From Myxococcota bacterium (GTDB taxonomy: Bacteria; Myxococcota; Myxococcia; Myxococcales; Myxococcaceae), in NCBI GenBank assembly GCA_049322255.1, contig JBMORE010000035.1, forward strand, positions 1-31,752: a DNA stretch of 31,752 nt, given 5' to 3'. A program made the position numbers and the translations under genes. The notes beneath the pieces were generated by a model that did no database searches, was not told the DNA's origin, and saw nothing but the letters and a program-made list of their open reading frames with translations. Positions 25,542-31,752 of this stretch are shown here, in pieces (within the stretch, counting starts at the first letter, position 1; each line of letters begins with the position of its first letter).

Positions 25542-27421
25542 GTCAGGTCGACCTGCGGGCGCGTGGGCGGACTGGGGTTCCCCTCGATGGGATCGAAGCG
25601 CGCCCAACGATCGACGCTCGGAGGCGTGGTGCCTTCGGCCCCCATCCTGAGCCGCATGCCCACCCGCCCTTTCCCCTGAGCCACCGCCGAGCTGAGCCAG
25701 GCGGAGACGTCGGCGGAGCGCTCACCGGCAGCATCGCTGCTGCTGACCAGCACTGCTGAACAAGTCGAGCAGAAGGTCGCGGCGTTGTAGTCGGTGGCGT
25801 CGAGGATTCCGTAGTCGACCCCCTCAACGTACACGTTGCCGTAGGCCGCGTGGGTGCCGGAGTTGCAGTTGTCCAGGTAGATCCGCAACGTCGCAGTCAG
25901 CGAGGTCGCCATCAACGCGTTGGCGGGAAGATCGACGGCGAAGAAGCCACGCAGCGGCAGGGCTGTGGGGAGGGTGCCCTTGATCCAACCCACCGACGTC
26001 CAGCTGTTCGTCTGAAACAAGCCGTCCCCACGCACGTAGCCGTCCTCTGAGAAGGGAATGACGACGCTGTACAGCCCCCGCACCTTGAACTGGTAGGTGG
26101 CGGTCGCCGCGAGGGTGTTGCCCGCCAGGTCGCGCGCCGCCGTCGACACTTGCCACTGCACCACTTGGTTGTTCGGCCACGCCGTGGGAGTGAAGGTGAG
26201 CACGGTGCCCGGGGTGTCCCAGGAGAAGGAGCCCGCGTTACCCGGCGCACCGGGCGACGTCACTTGCAGCGCCGCCTGAGTAGCGGCCTTGTCCATCGGC
26301 TCGGAGAACGTCACGGTGATGGCCTGGTTCGGCTCGCGGTTGTTGGTGCTGTTGGCAGGCGTCACCGAGATGATGGTCGGAGAAGCGGTGTCTTTGGTGG
26401 TGAAGGACCAGCTGAAGGGCTGCGCCAGCGCGTTACCCGAGACGTCCTCCGCTCCCGTGCCGACCGACAGCGTATAGGTCGTGCTCCCGGCGAACGGTGT
26501 GGCGTGCTGGCAGGAGAGGGTCGAGCCGCTGCCGTCGAAGGCCAGGGTGCAGCCACCGCTCACCGGGGGAGTGATGGTGAACGCCGCGCGGGTCTTCAGC
26601 GGCTCCATTCCCTCGGAGAAAGAAATCGACGGCGCCAAGGCTGGGTCGACGTCCTGCGCTCCATTCAACGGAATGGTCGCCACCACCGTGGGGGCAGTGG
26701 TGTCGGGAGTGCTGGCGGTGGTGAAGGTGACGCTCGTCTGCCCCGCAAGGCCGTTCCCTGCGAGGTCGGCGCCGGCGATGGTGAGCACGTAGGTGGTGAG
26801 GGGCTGAAACGGCGAGGGCGGCGCGCTGAACGATACGGTCGTCTTTTCGGTCGACCAGGAGGGCGCGCCGAAATCGAAGGTGGGTGCCGCGCTGACCGAG
26901 ACCGTGGCGGTGTCCATCGGCTCGGAGAAGGTGATCGACAGCCGGGCTCCGATGGGAATCATCGTCGCCGCATTGGCGGGCGTGGTGGCGGAAATGACCG
27001 GCGGCACCACGTCGACCACCGCCTCGGTGGTGAAGCGCACCTCCACCGTGTCCATCTCCACACCCTGTGCCGAGCGTCCGCTGATGGTCAACACGTACTG
27101 CCGGCTGTTCTCCAGCGGATCGGCCAGCGCCAGGGCAAGCTGGGTGTCCTCCTCCGACCAAGCCGCGGTCGCTCGCGGCACCTGCGGGTTGAAGGTCAGC
27201 TGCACCGAGGCGGTTTCCATCGGCAGGGAGAAGACGACCTCCACGGCCGTTCGGGTGGAGACGTTCACCGCCCCCGGCACGGGCACGGTCGAGACCACCG
27301 TGGGAGGCGCCAGCGCTCCAGCACAACCGCGGCGCTCGAGGCACTCCTGCTTCGCTCGATCGAAGTCCAGACAGGCGCTGGCACAGACGACGGCGGCGAG
27401 CCCCAATCCAAAATGACGCAT
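25526..27421 (-). CDS. Lipoprotein with about four bacterial Ig-like (SbsA/Big_5-type) domains and a ~200-aa C-terminal domain of unknown function.
   Basis: ATG at 27421 overlaps the upstream gene's stop (TGATG). Lipobox MRHFGLGLAAVVCASAC. A repeated ~90-aa unit (...TVVATIPLNGAQDV...FSEPMD...A....V) recurs four times. Confidence 0.65.
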   Translation of the reverse strand: MRHFGLGLAAVVCASACLDFDRAKQECLERRGCAGALAPPTVVSTVPVPGAVNVSTRTAVEVVFSLPMETASVQLTFNPQVPRATAAWSEEDTQLALALADPLENSRQYVLTISGRSAQGVEMDTVEVRFTTEAVVDVVPPVISATTPANAATMIPIGARLSITFSEPMDTATVSVSAAPTFDFGAPSWSTEKTTVSFSAPPSPFQPLTTYVLTIAGADLAGNGLAGQTSVTFTTASTPDTTAPTVVATIPLNGAQDVDPALAPSISFSEGMEPLKTRAAFTITPPVSGGCTLAFDGSGSTLSCQHATPFAGSTTYTLSVGTGAEDVSGNALAQPFSWSFTTKDTASPTIISVTPANSTNNREPNQAITVTFSEPMDKAATQAALQVTSPGAPGNAGSFSWDTPGTVLTFTPTAWPNNQVVQWQVSTAARDLAGNTLAATATYQFKVRGLYSVVIPFSEDGYVRGDGLFQTNSWTSVGWIKGTLPTALPLRGFFAVDLPANALMATSLTATLRIYLDNCNSGTHAAYGNVYVEGVDYGILDATDYNAATFCSTCSAVLVSSSDAAGERSADVSAWLSSAVAQGKGRVGMRLRMGAEGTTPPSVDRWARFDPIEGNPSPPTRPQVDLTYRVP

Positions 27422-28248
27422 CACCAAACCCCCACGAAGCCGAGGCCCGCACCGGCTGGAGACCACGCGACGCCCGAGGTCACCTCTTCATCTCCCCCGA
27501 ACCACCACAGGGCCCCGGCGGCCAAAAGGCAGGCGGCGCCCACCCCTACCCCGGCCCAACCCACCGTCTGCTGCGTCTTACCCGAAGCCACCAACTGCTC
27601 GCTCTGGGCCGGAGTCAACGCGCGGTCGGGCGTCGCCGACGTCAGCTTGCCGTAGCTGCCTTGGGCCATCGAAAGCCCGGCGCCCCCGGTGACCAGACCC
27701 GCCATGCCCACACCGAAGGGCACCCAGCTCAGCCGCTTGGTGGTGCCCCAGCGGGTGGTGACGCGGGCGGTGTCGGGAATCAACGCTCGCCCGAGCTTTT
27801 GCGAAAGTTGGGCGGCGAGCTGGACCGCCACGTCACGAAAGCTGCGCACGAGGCCGTCTTCGCTGGGGCTGGTGGCGCTCGCGGCGGCCAGCGGCTTGCC
27901 GGTACCCGCCTCGAGCACCCGCACCTCCAGCCGGTAGCTTTCGCTGGTCTTGGCGACCTGGCCCACCATCAACCCCTGCACGCCAAGGTCTCCGGTCACC
28001 TGGGCGCGGCAGACCTCGTCGGGACAGCCCAAAAGCTGCTGCTGACGCTCGAAGCCCAAAAGCGCGGCGAGGTCTTCGCTGGTGACCACCCGCACCCCCT
28101 GGTAGTTCAGCTGCTGGGCGAGGGTGCCGGTGTAGAAGCCGGTCAGCTTGGGCTCGAGGTTCACCATCGAGAGCCCGGGGGCCGCGATCCGAATGGGCTC
28201 GGCGGCGGCAAGCAGCGCGGCCACACAGCCAACAGCAATCGAGATCAT
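27421..28248 (-). CDS. Secreted or periplasmic protein with a C-terminal TM anchor; function unknown. Its N-terminal domain shows loose resemblance to the CsgG/LpoB/TolB-N-type alpha/beta fold.
   Basis: Signal peptide MISIAVGCVAALLAAA|EP. Hydrophobic helix TVGWAGVGVGAACLLAAGALWWF near the C-terminus. No catalytic motifs. Confidence 0.5.
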   Translation of the reverse strand: MISIAVGCVAALLAAAEPIRIAAPGLSMVNLEPKLTGFYTGTLAQQLNYQGVRVVTSEDLAALLGFERQQQLLGCPDEVCRAQVTGDLGVQGLMVGQVAKTSESYRLEVRVLEAGTGKPLAAASATSPSEDGLVRSFRDVAVQLAAQLSQKLGRALIPDTARVTTRWGTTKRLSWVPFGVGMAGLVTGGAGLSMAQGSYGKLTSATPDRALTPAQSEQLVASGKTQQTVGWAGVGVGAACLLAAGALWWFGGDEEVTSGVAWSPAGAGLGFVGVW

Positions 28249-28255
28249 GGCGAGC

Positions 28256-28858
28256 TCAGAGCACCTCGAACACGATTTTCTGCGTTCCGGTCTTGGCTGA
28301 GTCGAAGAAGCCGCGGACTGTTATTGAGCCTCGCTCTGCTCGCGTGAGTGCCGAGGAGAGCCGATAATAGATCTTCTCCATCGACGTGCCCTTCGTGGCG
28401 TCGAGCTTCACGTGTCGTTTGCCATAGGAGAAGTCGATGGTGCCGTCCTTCTCGGCTGCCTTGCCCTTGAAGGTCACCGTGAGATCGCGCGAGATGTGGT
28501 CACCAAAGTCAGCGTCTTTGCGGAGCTTGGGTGGGGACAGTGCCACGCTCACGCCAGGAATGGTACGACGCACCGACAGCTTCGCGGTCGCCAGCTCAAG
28601 CGAGGATTGAATCCACCGCTTGGGCTGAGCTTTGACGGTCATGCCGTCCTCCGCATCGTACGGATTCGGAATGAACTCGTCCTCGTTCTTGAACTTGCTT
28701 CCGGGCAATGCGGCGAGCTTCTTGAGCGCCCTGATTTCCTTAGGGGAGTACTTGGTGTCCTTCTCGATGACCTCGAGAATCTCACGGGCGTCGTCGGGGC
28801 GAATCCTCCCACCGGCGATCTTGGACGCGACCAACTTATTCAAAGGACTGACGGGCAT
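28256..28858 (-). CDS. Hypothetical cytoplasmic Lys-rich protein (200 aa) in a compositionally atypical (~57% GC) gene.
   Basis: ATG at 28858 with a strong GAGGAGGGA ribosome-binding site. No signal peptide or TM helix. Contains AT-rich codons (AAA, AAT, ATT, TATTAT) that are rare in the rest of the window. Overlaps the last 7 codons of coxL. Confidence 0.55.
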   Translation of the reverse strand: MPVSPLNKLVASKIAGGRIRPDDAREILEVIEKDTKYSPKEIRALKKLAALPGSKFKNEDEFIPNPYDAEDGMTVKAQPKRWIQSSLELATAKLSVRRTIPGVSVALSPPKLRKDADFGDHISRDLTVTFKGKAAEKDGTIDFSYGKRHVKLDATKGTSMEKIYYRLSSALTRAERGSITVRGFFDSAKTGTQKIVFEVL

Positions 28859-31175
28859 GCGGGCCTCCCTCCTCGAGCCGGCGCACCATACCAGAGCGCT
28901 CCTGCGCGCGAAGCAGTTCGAGCACCTTGGCCGGGTGGAAAGGCAGCTCGGTGAGCCGCACCCCGACGGCGTCATAGATGGCATTGGCGATGGCGGGGAT
29001 GACCGGGTGCAGCGGGCCCTCGCCGGCCTCCTTTGCGCCGTGGGGACCATGGGGGTCCACCGACTCGACGATGAAGGCCTCGATGTCCGGGGTGTCGAGC
29101 GAGGTGGGAATGCGGTAGTCGAGCAGCGAGGGCCCCTGGTGCAAGCCGCTGGGGTGGTAGGTCATCTCCTCCATCGCCGCCTCGGCCCAGCCCATATACA
29201 CCGAGCCTTCGATCTGCCCCTCGACCAAGGTGGGGTTGAGCGCGCGGCCGCAGTCGTGCGCCGCCCACACCTTCTCCACCCGCCACATGCCGGTCTGGCG
29301 ATCGACCTCCACCTCCACCACGTGGGCGGTGAAGCTGTAGGCGGGAGAGGCGCCGATGGTGCCGCCACGGTAGTCGGCTCCCAGCTTCTGCGTGCGGTAG
29401 GAGCCGGTGGCGCCCAGGGTGCCGAACTTCGCCTCCGCCAGCTGCACCGCTTCACGGAAGGAGAGCTTTTGCCCCTCGGGGCCGAAGAGCGTTCCCAAGC
29501 GCCCGTCGACCGCGGAGGGCCCCACGCCCCACTTCTCGGCGACCGCGGCCGACAACTGCGCCCACAGCTTCTGCCCCGCCTCCACGCACGCCAGCCCGAC
29601 CATGAAGGTGCCGCGGCTGGAGTAGGCCCCGAGGTCCACCGGGGTCAAGTCGGTGTCGGAGACCACCACGTGGCAGTCGCGCGGATCGCACCCGAGCTCC
29701 TCGGCGATGAGAAACGCCGGCAGCGAGTTGGTGCCCTGGCCGATGTCCGAAGCGCCGGAGAAGATGGTCACCTTCCCGCTGCGGTCGAGCTTCACCTGAA
29801 TGCCCGACTGGGGCATCTCGTTGGGGTAGATGGGGTAGGCGGTACCGGAGATGTACATCGAACCGGCGACGCCCAACCCCCGGCCCGGCGGCAGCTTGCC
29901 CTTGCGCGTTTTCCACCCGCTCGCTTCCTCCACCTTCTCCAGCGCCTTCAAAAACCCGTTGGAGGTGATGGTCTGCCCGTTGATGGTTTTCACCTGTTCG
30001 CCGATGAAGTTCCGCTTGCGCACTTCGATGGGGTCGAGGCCGAGCTTCTCCGCCGCCACGTCCAGCGCGACCTCGAAGGCAAAGCGCGGTTGCACGCTGC
30101 CGTGGCCACGCTTGGGGCCGCAGGGGGGCTTGTTGGTGAACACCCGGGTGGCATCGAAGCGGTAGCTGCCGAAGCGGTAGGGGCCGGTGAGCAGCTGCCC
30201 CGAGTAGTACGCGGTGACCAGCCCGAAGGAGGAGTACGCCCCGCCGTCGATGAGAATCTTCGAGTCCACCGCGTCGATCTGCCCGTCCTTCGACAGCCCG
30301 ACCCGGAAGCGCATCTTCATCGGGTGGCGGCCGCGGTGGGCGTAGAACACCTCCTCGCGGGTGTAGAGGCACTTCACCGGTCGGCCGGTCTTCATCGCCA
30401 GCTTGGCGACGATGAACTCCAGCGCGAAGGGGTCGGACTTGCCGCCGAAGGCGCCACCGAGGAAGGGCTGAATGACGCGAATGCGCGCCGGGTCGAGCCC
30501 GAGCACCCTGGAGAGCTCGCGGTGTACGTAGTGGGGAATCTGAGTCGAGCTCCATACGGTGAGGTTTCCCTCGGCGTCGTACTGGGCCAGCGCGCAGTGC
30601 GGCTCGATGGGGGTATGTGTCGAGCCGGCATAGAAAAAAGTCTCGTCGGCCACCGCGGCGGCGCCACCGAGCGCCTGATCCACCGGGCCGAACTCGAGCC
30701 GCACGTGCTTGGAGACATTGCCCTGCTTGGCGTCCTCGTGGATTTTCACCTGGTCCTCGGCCAACGTCGCTTCCGGCTCGACCAGCGCCGGGAGCACCTC
30801 CCACTCGACGTCGATGAGCTCGAGGGCCTCCTCGGCAGCGAGCTCGTCGACGGCGGCGACCGCGGCCACCTCGTCACCGATGAAGCGGGCCTTCTCCGTC
30901 GCCAGCGCCTGCTCGTCGGGCGTCCAGGGAATAACTCCGTAGCGCGCAGGCAGCTCCTTGCCCTCGAGCACCGCCACCACCCCGGGGTGCGACAGGCAGC
31001 GTGAAAAGTCGATGCGCCGGATGTACGCGTGGGCATGGGGGCTGCGGAGAATTTTGCAGTGCAGCATCCGCGGCAGCGCAAGGTCGTCGGTGTACTGCGC
31101 CTGCCCGGTGGCCTTCTTGAGCCCGTCGAGCTTGCGCAGCCGCCGGCCGAGAACCGCGTAGGCCTTTTCGCTCAC
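28836..31175 (-). CDS. Molybdopterin-binding large subunit of a xanthine dehydrogenase / CO dehydrogenase family enzyme (CoxL/XdhA-like; not the form-I CO dehydrogenase signature).
   Basis: The N-terminus VSEKAYAVLGRRLRKLDGLKKATGQAQYTDD is typical of the family. GGAFGGK motif. The GTG start overlaps the coxS stop (GTGA). No VAYRCSFR motif. Ends in TAA. Confidence 0.85.
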   Translation of the reverse strand: MSEKAYAVLGRRLRKLDGLKKATGQAQYTDDLALPRMLHCKILRSPHAHAYIRRIDFSRCLSHPGVVAVLEGKELPARYGVIPWTPDEQALATEKARFIGDEVAAVAAVDELAAEEALELIDVEWEVLPALVEPEATLAEDQVKIHEDAKQGNVSKHVRLEFGPVDQALGGAAAVADETFFYAGSTHTPIEPHCALAQYDAEGNLTVWSSTQIPHYVHRELSRVLGLDPARIRVIQPFLGGAFGGKSDPFALEFIVAKLAMKTGRPVKCLYTREEVFYAHRGRHPMKMRFRVGLSKDGQIDAVDSKILIDGGAYSSFGLVTAYYSGQLLTGPYRFGSYRFDATRVFTNKPPCGPKRGHGSVQPRFAFEVALDVAAEKLGLDPIEVRKRNFIGEQVKTINGQTITSNGFLKALEKVEEASGWKTRKGKLPPGRGLGVAGSMYISGTAYPIYPNEMPQSGIQVKLDRSGKVTIFSGASDIGQGTNSLPAFLIAEELGCDPRDCHVVVSDTDLTPVDLGAYSSRGTFMVGLACVEAGQKLWAQLSAAVAEKWGVGPSAVDGRLGTLFGPEGQKLSFREAVQLAEAKFGTLGATGSYRTQKLGADYRGGTIGASPAYSFTAHVVEVEVDRQTGMWRVEKVWAAHDCGRALNPTLVEGQIEGSVYMGWAEAAMEEMTYHPSGLHQGPSLLDYRIPTSLDTPDIEAFIVESVDPHGPHGAKEAGEGPLHPVIPAIANAIYDAVGVRLTELPFHPAKVLELLRAQERSGMVRRLEEGGPHARQSFE

Positions 31176-31696
31176 GAAGCGCGCTCCGTGGTGGGCCGCT
31201 CGTCGCGCTCTTCCACCGTGCGCTGGCCCGAGGCGACCTCTACCGCGTCGAGAATCTGCTTGTAGCCGGTGCAACGGCACAGGTTGCCCGAGAGCGCTTC
31301 TTGGATTTCCTCGCGCGCCGGCTTGGGGTTTTTCTCCAAGAGCGCCGCCGCCGAGAGCATCATCCCCGGCTGGCAAAAGCCGCACTGGAGCGCGCCGCAG
31401 ACATCGAAGGCGTCTTGCACTGGGTGCACCTTCGCCCCCTGGGCCAGACCCTCGATGGTGGTGATGCGCCGGCCCACATGCTCCACCGCCAGGCACAAGC
31501 AGGAAAGCACCGGTCGCCCGTCGATCAGCACCGTGCAGGCGCCGCAGTCGCCCTTGTCGCAGCCCTGCTTGGAGCCGGTGAGGCCCAAGGTGTAGCGCAA
31601 GGTCTCAAGCAGGGTGGCGCGCGGCTCGACCGCCACCTGGTGGCGATCGCCGTTCACCTCCAAGGAGATGAGCACCTTGTCCGGGCGGCCGAGCAC
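31172..31696 (-). CDS. [2Fe-2S]-binding small subunit of the molybdenum hydroxylase (CoxS/XdhC-like).
   Basis: Plant-type ferredoxin cysteines CDKGDCGAC...C, and the second cluster motif CGFCQPG...CRCTGY. GTG start at 31696. Confidence 0.85.
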   Translation of the reverse strand: MLGRPDKVLISLEVNGDRHQVAVEPRATLLETLRYTLGLTGSKQGCDKGDCGACTVLIDGRPVLSCLCLAVEHVGRRITTIEGLAQGAKVHPVQDAFDVCGALQCGFCQPGMMLSAAALLEKNPKPAREEIQEALSGNLCRCTGYKQILDAVEVASGQRTVEERDERPTTERAS

Positions 31697-31752
31697 GCGT
31701 CACGGATATCCCCAGGCCCCACGGGTGGTCAATCGCAGCCGCCTACTGGCCC

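Noticed and set aside
1-31752. CRISPR arrays, insertion sequences, transposase or integrase genes, rRNA.
   Set aside because: No spacer-repeat periodicity, terminal inverted repeats or transposase-like ORFs were seen anywhere in the window.

Overview
The window is about 70% GC and encodes at least two proteins with MYXO-CTERM-type C-terminal tails (GCGC, hydrophobic helix, Arg-rich end), so it most likely comes from a myxobacterium (Myxococcota). I see roughly 24 genes, one tRNA and no CRISPR array or recognisable mobile-element gene. All gene identifications rest on motifs read from the provided translations; I could not run any database search.

Genes, left to right:
- An outer-membrane beta-barrel candidate (+ strand, 123..776).
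- A long minus-strand block (780..10130): flotillin/SPFH protein, then DsbD-type thiol:disulfide transporter, then a lipoprotein, then a five-gene tightly spaced operon.
- That operon: Yip1-like membrane protein, zinc-ribbon plus Yip1-like membrane protein, membrane-anchored coiled-coil protein, polytopic histidine kinase, sigma-54-dependent NtrC-type response regulator.
- iscS, iscA and tRNA-Leu(CAG) with a strong intrinsic terminator (+ strand).
- A minus-strand pair: a huge FG-GAP-repeat MYXO-CTERM protein followed by a subtilisin-like (S8) lipoprotein.
- A tandem-PilZ c-di-GMP receptor and a second secreted MYXO-CTERM protein (+ strand).
- A SWIM/SNF2 helicase immediately downstream of a CoxM/XdhB-like FAD-binding subunit (minus strand).
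- A PAP2-like membrane phosphatase (+ strand).
- coxS-coxL (minus strand), separated from the CoxM-like gene by three non-cox genes and the PAP2 gene.

Most notable observations:
1. A candidate sigma-54 promoter (GGCACG-N5-TGC) plus upstream inverted repeats lie in front of the Yip1/kinase/sigma-54-activator operon, suggesting the activator regulates its own operon.
2. A 27-codon relic of a short-chain dehydrogenase C-terminus (..LVTGPTLPVDGG..) sits in the spacer between the FG-GAP and PilZ genes. The FG-GAP gene has no canonical start codon upstream of its encoded signal peptide.
3. A roughly 57% GC, lysine-rich 200-aa gene overlaps the TAA-terminated 3' end of coxL.
4. The cox-like cluster is split, and the CoxM-like gene abuts the SWIM/SNF2 helicase with a 3-nt gap.
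5. The 500-bp stretch at 20092..20603 has overlapping, ambiguous ORFs on both strands.
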